A DNA stretch of 56,414 nucleotides from Anaerolineae bacterium clx_CAG2. Its GTDB lineage: Bacteria; Chloroflexota; Anaerolineae; JAAEKA01. Below are positions 8,284 through 18,291 of the stretch, piece after piece. A program made the position numbers and the translations under genes. The stretch's first letter is position 1. Each line of letters starts with the position of its first letter. The notes beneath the pieces were generated by a model that worked only from the letters and a program-made list of their open reading frames with translations, had not been told where the DNA came from and did no database searches. Where the stretch lies: positions 1 through 56,414 of the forward strand of contig JAAEKA010000039.1 of assembly GCA_014155705.1 (NCBI GenBank). The letters run 5' to 3'.

Positions 8284-10161
8284 ATGGCAGCAAGCACTGA
8301 AAGCTCATCTTCTCCTAACAGCATCAATCGGGTCACCCGGCGTCTGGCCGAGTTGCGCTGGCCCATCGTGATCATTGTCGTGGGCGCGGCTGCGGTGCAT
8401 CAGGCGCTGCTTTTTGCCCTGCTGCGCTTCTTTCCCGCGGCCCCACAGGAGTGGATTCACCTGGCCGTTTACAGCGTTACGGGCGTGATCGTGGTCTGGC
8501 TGGGGCTGCGCGCCCTGCTGCGCACAGCCGAGCGCCAGGAGCAGGCTGAGGCCAGCCTGCACGCGGCTTACGCCGACCTGGAGCAGACCCACCGTCAGCT
8601 TCAGACCATCCACGAGGTGGGCCGGCGCGTTACCAACTCCAGCGACGTGCAGGAACTGCTGGAGATCGCCGCCCGCATCCCCGTCGAATTGCTGGGCGCG
8701 GCCAGCGCCTCGGTCATCACCTTCGACGCCGAGCGCGACCGCAGCACACTGGAGATGACCTATGGGCTGGACGCTGGCGCAGTGCAGGCGCTGCGCCAGC
8801 AAACCCAGACCGTCCACTCCGCCCGGCAGTGTGTCAACTGCCAGCCGCTGACGGCTCACGTCAACGCTGAGTGCCATTTGTTGGCCTCGGTGCAGACGAC
8901 CGGCAACGGCGCCGGTCTGGACCGCATCGTCTGCATGCCGTTGGGCCGAGGCGACCAGCGCAGCGGCGTGGTCTCGGCCTATCTACAACCCGGCGTGCAG
9001 CCCTCGCAGGAGCAGATCCATCTGGTCAGCATCCTGGCCACCGAGGTGACAGGTGCGCTGGAATCAGCCCGCCTGCGCGCCCGCCAGATGGCTACCCTCT
9101 ACGCCGTAGACCAGGCTACCCAGGAGCGGCGCAGCCTGGATACGCTGTTGAGCCGCGTGTTGGACACCACCATCGATGGCTGGGGCGTGCAGGCCGGCGC
9201 GATCCTGCTATCTGCGGGCGATTCGTGGGACATCCGTACCCAGCGCGGCTTGGGCCACGACCTGGGAGCGCCAGCCTTTGGCCTGGCCTTGCGCCTGGCC
9301 GAGCGGGCGCGCCGCACCGGCCAAGCGGTCGTCTTCCAGGAACAGGCCAGCGGCGGAATCTTCCCGTCAGCGGCTGTGCTGCTCTTACAGGCTGAAGGCG
9401 ACACGCTGGGCGCGCTCTTCCTGGGCGCAGCCCAGCCGGGCGCGTTCAAGCAGGCCCAGGTTGAGTTGATGAAGGCCATCGCCAGCCAGATCGCCCTGGC
9501 CGTGCGCAACGCCCAGCTCTACACGCAACTGCGCCAGACGGCCGTGCTGGAGGAGCGCTATCGTCTGTCGCGCGAGATGCACGACGGCCTGGCCCAGACC
9601 CTGGGCTACCTGGGCATGCAGGCTGAGCGTATCGAGGGCATGATGGATCGGGGTGAGACCAACGGGCTGCCGGCTGAGTTGAAGGAGCTGCGCCAGGTGA
9701 TCGCCGAGGCCTACCTGGACCTGCGCGAGACCATTGACGGCCTGCGGCTGACAGTAGACCAGCCGGGCGGCTTTGCCGGCGCTCTGCAATCCCACGTCGA
9801 GGATTTTACCCGCCGCTCCGGTCTGCCGGTGGACTGCTCCTGCGTCGAGGCCCCACCCGATCTGCCGCCCGATGTGGCGTTACATTTGTTGCGCATTACC
9901 CAGGAGGCGCTGGCCAATGTGCGCCGCCACGCCCAGGCTAGCCGGGTGTGGGTCAGCTTGGCGCGTGAGAACGGCGCTCTGGAATTGACTGTTTCGGACG
10001 ACGGCCAGGGCTTCGACGCAGGCAGCCCACTGGAGCGCAGTCATGTGGGTCTGGCCAGCATGCGCGAGCGGGTGCGCAGCCTGGACGGCCAGTTGACTTT
10101 TGCTACCAGTCCCGGCCAGGGCACGCGGGTCACTGCGCGGGTGCCGCTGGGGCACGGCTAG
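8284..10161 (+). CDS. Sensor histidine kinase, NarL/DegS-type (TM segments, GAF-like regions, HisKA_3, HATPase_c)
   Basis: ORF 8209..10161; ATG at 8284 is preferred because of the promoter position. H-box ERYRLSREMHDGLAQTLGYL and C-terminal ATPase motifs (DDGQGFD, GLASMRERV..GQGTRV). Confidence 0.8.
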   Translation: MAASTESSSSPNSINRVTRRLAELRWPIVIIVVGAAAVHQALLFALLRFFPAAPQEWIHLAVYSVTGVIVVWLGLRALLRTAERQEQAEASLHAAYADLEQTHRQLQTIHEVGRRVTNSSDVQELLEIAARIPVELLGAASASVITFDAERDRSTLEMTYGLDAGAVQALRQQTQTVHSARQCVNCQPLTAHVNAECHLLASVQTTGNGAGLDRIVCMPLGRGDQRSGVVSAYLQPGVQPSQEQIHLVSILATEVTGALESARLRARQMATLYAVDQATQERRSLDTLLSRVLDTTIDGWGVQAGAILLSAGDSWDIRTQRGLGHDLGAPAFGLALRLAERARRTGQAVVFQEQASGGIFPSAAVLLLQAEGDTLGALFLGAAQPGAFKQAQVELMKAIASQIALAVRNAQLYTQLRQTAVLEERYRLSREMHDGLAQTLGYLGMQAERIEGMMDRGETNGLPAELKELRQVIAEAYLDLRETIDGLRLTVDQPGGFAGALQSHVEDFTRRSGLPVDCSCVEAPPDLPPDVALHLLRITQEALANVRRHAQASRVWVSLARENGALELTVSDDGQGFDAGSPLERSHVGLASMRERVRSLDGQLTFATSPGQGTRVTARVPLGHG

Positions 10162-10231
10162 GCCCTGTGAATCGAATTCACCGGCTGAACCTGAGAAGCC
10201 GCCTCAGCGGCTGAGAAGGCAGACTTTTCCA

Positions 10232-10915
10232 ATGACAAGCTTCCCCACTCGCCTTCTGATCGTCGACGACCATAACCTCTTCCGCCAGGGTCTGATTCGC
10301 ATTCTGGGCGACTATGAGCAGTTGCAGATCGTGGGTCAGGCGGCCAATGGTCAGGACGCGCTTGCGTTGGTTGGGCAACTCCAGCCTGACGTGGTGCTGA
10401 TGGATGTCAACATGCCGGTACTGTCTGGCCCCGACGCGGTGCGACAGATGCGGGCGCGCTTCCCCAGCCTGCCGGTGGTGATGCTGACCGTCTCCGAGCG
10501 CGACGACGACCTGTTCGACGCCATCCGCGCCGGCGCGCAGGGCTATCTGCTCAAGAACGTCGGCGCGGCCGAGCTAATCGACGCGCTGCAGCGCGTGCGG
10601 GATGGCGAGGCAATCATCGCGCCGTCGATGGCGGCGCGGCTGCTGGTCGAGTTTCGCGCTCTGGCCGAACAAGCGCCCCAGGAGCCACAGCAGGCGCAGG
10701 CAGGCGAATTAAGCGAACGGGAGTTGGACGTATTGCGCCTGGTGGCTCAAGGCATGAGCAACAAAGAAATCGCCGACGCGCTGGGCCTGTCCGAGCACAC
10801 GGTCAAGACGCACCTGGCCAACATTCTGGACAAGCTCCATCTGCGCAGCCGCGCCCACGCCGCCGCTTATGCGGTGCAGGCCGGATTGGTACGCGATATC
10901 CAGACCAAGCGCTAA
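10232..10915 (+). CDS. Response regulator, NarL/FixJ family (REC + LuxR-type HTH)
   Basis: Internal ATG 10232 gives MTSFPTRLLIVDDHNLFRQG...DVVLMDVNMP. The C-terminal part LSERELDVLRLVAQGMSNKEIADALGLSEHTVKTHLANIL is a LuxR-type HTH. Confidence 0.85.
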   Translation: MTSFPTRLLIVDDHNLFRQGLIRILGDYEQLQIVGQAANGQDALALVGQLQPDVVLMDVNMPVLSGPDAVRQMRARFPSLPVVMLTVSERDDDLFDAIRAGAQGYLLKNVGAAELIDALQRVRDGEAIIAPSMAARLLVEFRALAEQAPQEPQQAQAGELSERELDVLRLVAQGMSNKEIADALGLSEHTVKTHLANILDKLHLRSRAHAAAYAVQAGLVRDIQTKR

Positions 10916-10943
10916 ACCGTCATCTGATCGCCAGGTTGTCTCT

Positions 10944-12260
10944 ATGAGCGTTCTTCTGCTTGAATTCAGCATAATCTTTCTCCTGATCCTTTTCAATGGC
11001 CTGTTTTCCATGTCGGAGACAGCTATTGTCTCGGCTCGTAAGGCGCGCTTGCAGCAGATGGCCGACGAAGGCAACGGTCGCGCGGCGGCTGCGCTGGCGC
11101 TGGCCAACAATCCCAACCGCTTTCTGGCTACGGTTCAGATCGGCATCACGCTGATCGGCATCCTCACCGGTGTGTTTGGCGGCGCCACGATCACCGAAGA
11201 ACTGGTCACAGCATTGAGCGGTTTTCCCGCGCTCGCTCCCTACAGCAGCGCCATCGCTGGTGTGGTGGTAGTGTCACTGCTGACTTACTTCACCCTGATC
11301 ATGGGCGAACTGGTGCCCAAGCGGTTGGCGTTGAACAACGGCGAGCGGATAGCGTCCACTGTGGCCAGGCCGATGGCTCTCCTGTCAACGATCACCTGGC
11401 CAGTGGTGCGCTTGCTGGGCATCTCCACTGACTTTGTGCTGCGCCTGTTGCGGGTCAAGCCATCCAGCGAGCCGCTGGTCACCGCCGAGGAAATTATGGT
11501 CATGGTCGAGCAAGGGGCTGAAGTCGGCCTGTTCGAGCGCAGTGAGCAGGACCTGATCGAGCGTGTGCTGGCCCTGGATGAGCGGCGCATCGAGAGTTTC
11601 ATGACCCCGCGCGGCAAGATCATTGCTCTGGACATTGCAGCCACCACCGATGAGGTGCGGCGTAAGCTGCTGGACAGCCAGCACTCGCGCTTTCCGGTGA
11701 TCGATAGCAATCTGGACGACGTGCTGGGCGTCGTGCGAGCCAAGGATATTCTGAGTCAAAACCTGGCCGGCCAGTCCTTCGACTTGGGCAGCCTGGTGCG
11801 TCCCGCCTTGTTTTTGCCTGAGATCACGACCGCATTGCAGGCGCTGGAGCGCTTCAGGCAAGCGGGCACCCACGTGGCCTTGGTATTGGATGAATATGGC
11901 GGCATCCAAGGCATGATCACTCACAACGACGTGCTGGAGGCGATCGTCGGCTACGATCCTTCACAAGACACGCCCGATGAGCCGCGCATCGTGCGGCGTG
12001 CCGACGGCTCATGGCTGGTGGATGGCCTGACGGCGATCGGGGATTTCGAGGACGCGCTGGATCTCGATGCGCTGCGCGAAGACGCCAGCCGGCGTTACCA
12101 GACCGTCGGAGGTCTGGTGATGAACGAGGTAGCGGGCGTGCCCAGCACGGGACAGAGCTTCATCTGGCGCGGCTTGCGCTTCGAGGTGGTCGACATGGAC
12201 GGCCGGCGGGTAGACAAGGTGCTGGTGACGCTGCCAGACGCAGAAGCAGACAACCCCTAG
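10944..12260 (+). CDS. Hemolysin-family / CNNM-type transporter (DUF21 TM domain, CBS pair, CorC_HlyC)
   Basis: ATG 10944: MSVLLLEFSIIFLLILFNGLFSMSETAIVSARKARL (DUF21 signature). This is followed by a CBS-like region and a C-terminal CorC/HlyC-like GLRFEVVDMDGRRVDKVLV. Confidence 0.8.
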   Translation: MSVLLLEFSIIFLLILFNGLFSMSETAIVSARKARLQQMADEGNGRAAAALALANNPNRFLATVQIGITLIGILTGVFGGATITEELVTALSGFPALAPYSSAIAGVVVVSLLTYFTLIMGELVPKRLALNNGERIASTVARPMALLSTITWPVVRLLGISTDFVLRLLRVKPSSEPLVTAEEIMVMVEQGAEVGLFERSEQDLIERVLALDERRIESFMTPRGKIIALDIAATTDEVRRKLLDSQHSRFPVIDSNLDDVLGVVRAKDILSQNLAGQSFDLGSLVRPALFLPEITTALQALERFRQAGTHVALVLDEYGGIQGMITHNDVLEAIVGYDPSQDTPDEPRIVRRADGSWLVDGLTAIGDFEDALDLDALREDASRRYQTVGGLVMNEVAGVPSTGQSFIWRGLRFEVVDMDGRRVDKVLVTLPDAEADNP

Positions 12261-13099
12261 CCCGCCGCAAAGAAACCCACTCCCAACATCCCCGGCCCCG
12301 CGTGGGTGACGATAGCTGGCGTCAGGTCCATGATCATCACATCGGTCACGTCAAGCTGGCGGCCCAGGTCAGCGGCCAGGGATTTGGCGGCATCAGGGGC
12401 GCCAGCGTGCAGCACCGACAGGCGCGAGTCGGCCCCACGCGCCGCTTGTGCCAGCACCAACTCCTTCAACCGGGTCAGCGCCTTGCGTTGGGTGCGCTCC
12501 CGCTCCAGCGGTTCCACCCGGCCATCGCGCAGCTCCAGGATGGGCTTGACCTGTAAGACGCTGCCGATCAGCGCGGCTGCGCCGCCGATCCGTCCCCCTT
12601 TTTGCAGGAACTCCAGCGTGTCGACCAGGAAATAGATGTGGGAGCGGGGAATGAGCGCTTGAAGACGGGTCATGATCGCGTCGGCGTCGTCGCCTTGCGC
12701 GGCCCACTGCGCAGCCAGTAGCACCAGCGCGGCCAGAGGGCCGGCAATGGTGCGGGTGTCCAGCACGCGGATGTCCATGTCGGGAAAGTCCGCTGCCGCG
12801 GTCAGGGCCGAACGCACGGTGCCGCTGAGCTCGGCCGAAGGGTGGATACAGAACACTGTGTCGCCCGGACCAACCGGTCGCTGGAACTGCTCTACGAACA
12901 AACCGGGCGGCGGAGCGGCCGTCTTAGGCAGCTCTTTGGCCGCGCGCAGTCGGTGCAGGAAGGTGGCATGGTCCATTTCCACGCCCTCCAGGTAAGACTC
13001 ATCGCCAAACATAATCACCTGCGGGATCACAGGAATGTGGTGCTGCTGCGCCACGGCCTCGGGCAAACCGGATGTGCTGTCAGTGATGATGTGGATCAT
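12257..13099 (-). CDS. DegV family fatty-acid-binding protein
   Basis: ATG 13097-13099 with AAGGAG upstream. MIHIITDSTSGLPEAVAQQHHIPVIPQVIMFGDESYLEG is typical of DegV. The 281-aa length fits the family. Its stop overlaps the convergent gene's stop in CTAG. Confidence 0.8.
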   Translation of the reverse strand: MIHIITDSTSGLPEAVAQQHHIPVIPQVIMFGDESYLEGVEMDHATFLHRLRAAKELPKTAAPPPGLFVEQFQRPVGPGDTVFCIHPSAELSGTVRSALTAAADFPDMDIRVLDTRTIAGPLAALVLLAAQWAAQGDDADAIMTRLQALIPRSHIYFLVDTLEFLQKGGRIGGAAALIGSVLQVKPILELRDGRVEPLERERTQRKALTRLKELVLAQAARGADSRLSVLHAGAPDAAKSLAADLGRQLDVTDVMIMDLTPAIVTHAGPGMLGVGFFAAG

Positions 13100-13186
13100 G
13101 GTATGCCACTCCTTGTGGAAAAACAAGACGAAGGTAGACGGGCGATCAGGGGTGCAATCGCCGGGCAGCGACGAATTGCGACTGGG

Positions 13187-13195
13187 ATTATAGCA
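13187..13195 (-). promoter_or_regulatory. Extended -10 promoter (TGCTATAAT) for degV-like gene
   Basis: Minus strand reads TGcTATAAT. The -35 element is poor. The implied 5' UTR is about 80 nt. Confidence 0.35.
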
Positions 13196-13343
13196 TACCC
13201 TGCAGCAGCGCTGCGAACGGACTCCGCACGGCTCCGCGTCACCGCCGGATGTCCTACTCATTGGAAGCATCCCGGTCGTGCACTGCTGAATCTGGCAAGT
13301 CATGTTACGCTGCGGCAGCCATGCGCACCCTGCGCGCGGAGTG

Positions 13344-13352
13344 TGGTATAAT
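13344..13352 (+). promoter_or_regulatory. Extended -10 promoter (TGGTATAAT) for the GYD / kinase operon
   Basis: TGgTATAAT at 13344-13352, about 80 nt upstream of ATG 13434. Confidence 0.35.
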
Positions 13353-13433
13353 GTGTTATGAACCGAAGAGTTCACATGCGCTGCGGATCGGCGCATGCAT
13401 GACGCGCATCACGTCGCTTCTGGGAGACCGCCC

Positions 13434-13718
13434 ATGCCAACCTACATTTTACTCAGCACCCTCACCGATGAGGGCGCAGCCACGTTGAAGTACAAGCCTG
13501 ACCGGCTCAAAGAGGTCAATGAAGAGATCAAGACGCTGGGCGCTGAGGTTGTGGCGCAGTATGCCACACTGGGGCCCTACGACTTCCTCAACATTGTCGA
13601 AGCGCCTGACAATGCGACTATTGCCCGCGTTTCCATCGAGCTTGCCTCGCGCGGCAGCGTGCGCATGTTGACCCTGCCGGCTGTGCCCATCGACGACTTT
13701 ATTGAAAGCCTGAAATAG
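13434..13718 (+). CDS. GYD domain-containing protein
   Basis: ATG 13434 preceded by GGGAGA. MPTYILLSTLTDEGAATLK...YATLGPYDFLNIVEAPDNATIARVSIELASRGSV matches the GYD family pattern. Confidence 0.7.
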   Translation: MPTYILLSTLTDEGAATLKYKPDRLKEVNEEIKTLGAEVVAQYATLGPYDFLNIVEAPDNATIARVSIELASRGSVRMLTLPAVPIDDFIESLK

Positions 13719-13724
13719 CGCCTT

Positions 13725-15563
13725 ATGTCTGTACGACTCGCCAACGGCGGCGCTGTGGCGGCGCCTGTTACAGATGGATGGCTTTTAGCCGATGCTGGCC
13801 GGATAGCCACGATCCGGCCGGTGCAGCCGCGCGCCGATGTCCAGGTGCGTTTTCCCGACGGCCGCATCCTGCAAGGGCCGCCAGGCACAACGCTGGAGGA
13901 ATTCGCCTGCGTGGCCATCCCCAACCCCAGCGTGCCCATCGTCGCAGCCTTGGTCGAAGGGGAACTGCGGGAGTTGGCCCTGCCGGTCCACCGTGACCTG
14001 GACGTAGCCTGGATCGACATGGCATCGCAGGATGGCATGCGCATCTACCGCCGCTCGCTGACTCTCCTGCTGGTCGCTGCGGTCAGTGAGCTTTTTCCAG
14101 GGACGCGCCTGCACATCGACTACTCTATGACCTACGGCGGCTTGTTCTGCCATATGGCGATGCGTGCGCCCTTCACCCCGGCTGAGCTGCACGCCCTCGA
14201 GGATCGTATGCGCCAGTTGGCGGCCGCCAACCTGCCCATCCAGCGTATCGAGCTGCCCATTGAGCAGGCCATCGACGAGTTCCGGGTCAGGGGCGATGAG
14301 GAAAAGGCCAGTCTGTTGGCCGCGGCCGCGGCCAGCGGCAAGCGTGAGGTGGCCATCTACCAGCTCGGTCCCTACCGCAACCACTTCCACGGCTACATGG
14401 CGCCCAGCACCGGCTACCTGCGCTGGTTTGACCTGATTCATTATCCACCTGGTTTTGTGCTGCACTATCCTCGCCGCCAGGAGCCGACCCTGCTCAGCCC
14501 CTTCCAGGACGTGCCGCGGCTGGGCCAGGTCTTCCAGGAATACCGCGACTGGCTGCGCCGCATTGGCGTAGACAACCTGCCAGCGCTCAACCGCACCATC
14601 GAGGACGGCCGCATCCGCGAGGTGGTGCTGGTGGCCGAGGCGCTGCACGAACAACGTATCGCCGCCATCGCCAGCGCCATCGCCATGCACAGCGACCAGA
14701 TCGGCGTGGTGCTGATCGCCGGACCGTCATCGTCGGGCAAGACCACCTTTGCGCGCCGGTTGGCCGTGCAGTTGCTGGCCAACGGTGTGCATCCGGTGGC
14801 GCTGGGGCTGGACAATTGGTTTGTGGAGCGCCGCCACACCCCGCTGGACGAGGACGGTAATCCAGACTTCGAGGCGCTGGAGGCCATCGACCGGGATCTG
14901 TTCAACCAGCAACTCAATCAACTCATGGCCGGTCAGACGGTGACATTGCCCCATTTCAACTTCTTCACCGGCCGGCGCGAGCCAGGTGAGACCCTGCGCG
15001 TCACTCCGCAGCACGTGATCCTGATCGAAGGCATCCACGGTCTGAACCCAGATCTGGCGCCGCAGGTACGGAGCGAAAACATCTTTCGCATCTATGTCTC
15101 GGCCCTGACACAGCTTAACCTGGATCGCCACAACCGCGTCTCTACCACCGACACGCGCATCATCCGGCGCATCGTGCGCGACGCGGCGCGACGCGGCTAT
15201 TCGGCGGCCGACACCATCGGCCGCTGGCCCAGCGTGCAGCGCGGCGAGTGGCGCTGGATCTTCCCCTACCAGGAGCACGCCGACGTGATGTTCAACTCAG
15301 CCCTGGCCTACGAACTGGCGATGCTGCGGCCGCTGGCCGAGCCGCTGTTGCTGAGGGTGGAGCCCAACACCCCCGAACGCATCGAGGCTGATCGGCTGCT
15401 GAGCATGCTGCGCTGGTTTACGCCCATTTCGGCTGACCTGGTGCCAGACAATTCGATCCTGCGCGAGTTTATCGGCGGATCGATCATGGAGGACTTCATG
15501 CCATGGAAGCGGCGGGACGAGAACAACGCCGCCGTGGAACCTGACAGAGCCGGGCAACGTTAG
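13725..15563 (+). CDS. Uridine kinase/phosphoribulokinase-family nucleoside kinase with N-terminal ThrRS-like TGS/SAD region
   Basis: 612-aa ORF with P-loop VLIAGPSSSGKTTFARRLAVQL and a downstream PRK/uridine-kinase-like region (ILIEGIHGLNP, RIIRRIVRDAARRGY). The N-terminal 300 aa resembles TGS plus the second additional domain of ThrRS. Confidence 0.6.
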   Translation: MSVRLANGGAVAAPVTDGWLLADAGRIATIRPVQPRADVQVRFPDGRILQGPPGTTLEEFACVAIPNPSVPIVAALVEGELRELALPVHRDLDVAWIDMASQDGMRIYRRSLTLLLVAAVSELFPGTRLHIDYSMTYGGLFCHMAMRAPFTPAELHALEDRMRQLAAANLPIQRIELPIEQAIDEFRVRGDEEKASLLAAAAASGKREVAIYQLGPYRNHFHGYMAPSTGYLRWFDLIHYPPGFVLHYPRRQEPTLLSPFQDVPRLGQVFQEYRDWLRRIGVDNLPALNRTIEDGRIREVVLVAEALHEQRIAAIASAIAMHSDQIGVVLIAGPSSSGKTTFARRLAVQLLANGVHPVALGLDNWFVERRHTPLDEDGNPDFEALEAIDRDLFNQQLNQLMAGQTVTLPHFNFFTGRREPGETLRVTPQHVILIEGIHGLNPDLAPQVRSENIFRIYVSALTQLNLDRHNRVSTTDTRIIRRIVRDAARRGYSAADTIGRWPSVQRGEWRWIFPYQEHADVMFNSALAYELAMLRPLAEPLLLRVEPNTPERIEADRLLSMLRWFTPISADLVPDNSILREFIGGSIMEDFMPWKRRDENNAAVEPDRAGQR

Positions 15564-15807
15564 ACGCGAAGAACGCTGCCGGCAGCTATATACTGCTTTG
15601 GCCGGTCTCCTGACCGAGCCAATTCGTGATCAATACGCGACGCGTCCTAAGCCGTCAGTCTTGCTATTTCCGCTGCCTTGGGCTACAATCATCCACCTGC
15701 CAGGCCGACTGATCCTGGCAATTGTCTTGCAGCGCGTAGTCGTTGGCGATGATTGCCCGGAGCTGGCGCCGGCAAGGCCGGTGAAAAGTTGGAGGGCAGT
15801 GCCACCC

Positions 15808-16533
15808 ATGGATCAAAAACACGTTCGAACACGAAACCGTGCCGTGAAACTGGTTATCATCTCGGCCCTACTTCTGTTGGCGTTGGTAGCCTGCACGACG
15901 GCGCCTTCTGGCCCGCCGCCTGCGCCAACCACTTCGCCGCCTGCTGCGCTGCCAGCGCCAGGGGTGGACGCGCCGGCAACGCCTGGCACGGAAACGCCAG
16001 CGCAGCCAGCCGTCACGGCGCCGGCCGCCAGCCAGTCAGCGACTGTCCCAGGCATCGCGCCTCCTCCGCAAGGAGAGCCTGACCGCCTGGTTATACCGGC
16101 TATCGAGTTGGACACCGCCATTGTCGATGTCGGTTGGGAAGTGGTTGAGCGCGGCGACCAGCGCACCACTGAATGGCAGACGGCGGATAACGCCGCCGGA
16201 CGCCACCTGAACAGCGCCCGGCCCGGCGAACCAGGCAACGTGGTGCTCTCCGGGCATCACAACACCAAGGGCGAGGTGTTCCGCCGCATCAGCGAGCAGG
16301 AACTGGCTGTCGGCGACACGATCTATCTGTACGACGAACAGGGACAGCGCCACACCTATCAGGTGAGCGAGGTCACCGAACCGCTGTTGGAAGTGGGCGC
16401 CGGCGAGGCGCAGCGCCTGGCCAATGCCCGCTACATCCAGCCCACCAACGACGCGCGCGTGACATTGGTGACCTGCTGGCCCTATTGGACAAACACCCAC
16501 CGTATTGTGGTGGTAGGCACGCTGGTGCCGTAA
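15808..16533 (+). CDS. Sortase family transpeptidase (class E-like), membrane anchored
   Basis: ATG 15808 after GGAGGG. TM segment VKLVIISALLLLALVAC, Pro/Ala/Thr linker, catalytic His (NVVLSGHHNT), TLVTC Cys motif (VTLVTCWPY) and Arg (HRIVVVG). Confidence 0.75.
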   Translation: MDQKHVRTRNRAVKLVIISALLLLALVACTTAPSGPPPAPTTSPPAALPAPGVDAPATPGTETPAQPAVTAPAASQSATVPGIAPPPQGEPDRLVIPAIELDTAIVDVGWEVVERGDQRTTEWQTADNAAGRHLNSARPGEPGNVVLSGHHNTKGEVFRRISEQELAVGDTIYLYDEQGQRHTYQVSEVTEPLLEVGAGEAQRLANARYIQPTNDARVTLVTCWPYWTNTHRIVVVGTLVP

Positions 16534-16556
16534 AAATAGCCCTGGAAGGCAAAGTA

Positions 16557-18278
16557 ATGGAATTACGCCAGTACGGTCGGACACTTTGGAAATGGTTTTG
16601 GTTGATTCTGCTAGGCGCCGCCATCGCAGGCGGCGTCACCTACCTTGTCAGTAGCCGCAGCACCCCGATCTATCGCGCTTCCTCGCAACTTCTGATCCAG
16701 CAGGCCAACAGCCCCTCCAACCTGCAATGGACCGAGGTGCTGACCAGCGAGCGATTGGCAGCCAACTACGCCCGTTTGCTGACGACGCGCCCGGTTTTGA
16801 ACCAGGTGGCAGCGAATCTGCGATTGCCTGAGATCACTTCGAGCATCATCGTGGACCCTGTGCGCGAGACGCAGATTATCGTGCTGCACGTGGAAGACGC
16901 CAACCCGGCCCTGGCGACAGCCGTGGCTAACGATCTGCCGGCCGTCTTCATCAGCGAGAACGAGAAACAACTGCAGCAGCGCATCAACACGACGTTGGAA
17001 GCCTACCAGACCCAGATTGACGGGGTGGAAGCTGACATCGAACAGGCGCAGACGCAGCTTCAGGTGTTCACGGCGTTGGAGGACGACGGCGAGGAGTTGA
17101 CGCTGGAGCAGACAGCTCAGCGCGCGCGACTGGAGGCCAGTCTGGCCCAGTACCGCAGCTCGCTGGCTGAGTTGTTGCGCAACCGCGACGACGTGAAGCG
17201 GGCCGAGGCCAACCGCGGCGATACCATCACCGTGGTCGAACCAGCCATCGAACCCAACAGTCCCGTCCGACCGCGTGTCCTGATCAACACCCTGATTGCG
17301 GCCGCGCTGGGAGCGCTGCTGCTGACCGCCGTGGCCTTTCTGATTGAGTACCTGGACGACACCATCAAGCTGCCGGAAGACGCCACGCGCGTCACCGGAC
17401 TGCCTGCGCTGGGATCTTTGGTGCAATATCGCAACGGCGACAAGGGGCGGCGCCTGATCGCGGCTACCAACCCCCAATCGCCCTTCACCGAGTCCTACCG
17501 CACCCTGCGCACCAACATCCAGTTCTCCAGCCTGGACAAACCCATCGACCGGTTGATGGTGACCAGCGCCAGCCCAGGCGAAGGCAAGAGCACCACCGCT
17601 GCCAACCTGGCTGTAGTCGTTGCCCAGGGCGGCAAGCGCACGATCCTGATCGATACTGACCTGCGCCGGCCGGTGCTGCACCAGATCTTTGGCCTGCCGA
17701 ACGCCGTTGGTGTGACCAATGCCCTGTTGCTGCCGGAAGGCAGCGACCTGACGCCCTTGCTCCAGCCGACCGAGTTGGAGAATCTGTGGCTGCTGAGCAG
17801 CGGTCCGCAGCCGCCCAACCCGTCGGAGTTGCTTGGCTCGCACCGCATGGGCGAGTTGATCAAAGAGTTGGGGCAATACGCCGACATGCTGGTGTTCGAC
17901 AGTCCGCCAACGCTGGCTGTGACCGATGCGGCAGTGCTGGCGCGACAGATGGATGGCGTGTTGCTGGTGGTCGAGTCGGCCAAGACGCGCGAGGTTGCCG
18001 CCAAGCGCGCCGCCCAGGGTCTGCTCAAGGTCAACGCCAATGTGCTGGGCATCGCCGTCAACCGCATCTCCTACCGGCTGGCAGGATCACACTACTACTA
18101 TTACGATTATTACGAAAACAAAGGCGGCGACGACGATTCTGACCGCGACAGTAACCAGACTAAAAGACGCCGCAAAGGCAAAGAGCGGCCGGCAGAGGCG
18201 CCCAGCCAGCCTGCGACCGCCGGTGGCTTTGTGACCAGCCAGGTGCGCCAGCCGGGCTCATCGGCTCAGGACGTTTAG
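16557..18278 (+). CDS. Polysaccharide co-polymerase / tyrosine autokinase (Wzz domain + CpsD/CapB-type P-loop + C-terminal Tyr cluster)
   Basis: ATG 16557. Wzz-like N-terminus with two TM segments, Walker A SASPGEGKSTTAANLA, ILIDTDLRRP, and a tyrosine-rich tail SHYYYYDYYE. Confidence 0.8.
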   Translation: MELRQYGRTLWKWFWLILLGAAIAGGVTYLVSSRSTPIYRASSQLLIQQANSPSNLQWTEVLTSERLAANYARLLTTRPVLNQVAANLRLPEITSSIIVDPVRETQIIVLHVEDANPALATAVANDLPAVFISENEKQLQQRINTTLEAYQTQIDGVEADIEQAQTQLQVFTALEDDGEELTLEQTAQRARLEASLAQYRSSLAELLRNRDDVKRAEANRGDTITVVEPAIEPNSPVRPRVLINTLIAAALGALLLTAVAFLIEYLDDTIKLPEDATRVTGLPALGSLVQYRNGDKGRRLIAATNPQSPFTESYRTLRTNIQFSSLDKPIDRLMVTSASPGEGKSTTAANLAVVVAQGGKRTILIDTDLRRPVLHQIFGLPNAVGVTNALLLPEGSDLTPLLQPTELENLWLLSSGPQPPNPSELLGSHRMGELIKELGQYADMLVFDSPPTLAVTDAAVLARQMDGVLLVVESAKTREVAAKRAAQGLLKVNANVLGIAVNRISYRLAGSHYYYYDYYENKGGDDDSDRDSNQTKRRRKGKERPAEAPSQPATAGGFVTSQVRQPGSSAQDV

Positions 18279-18291
18279 CGCCCTGGCGCGC

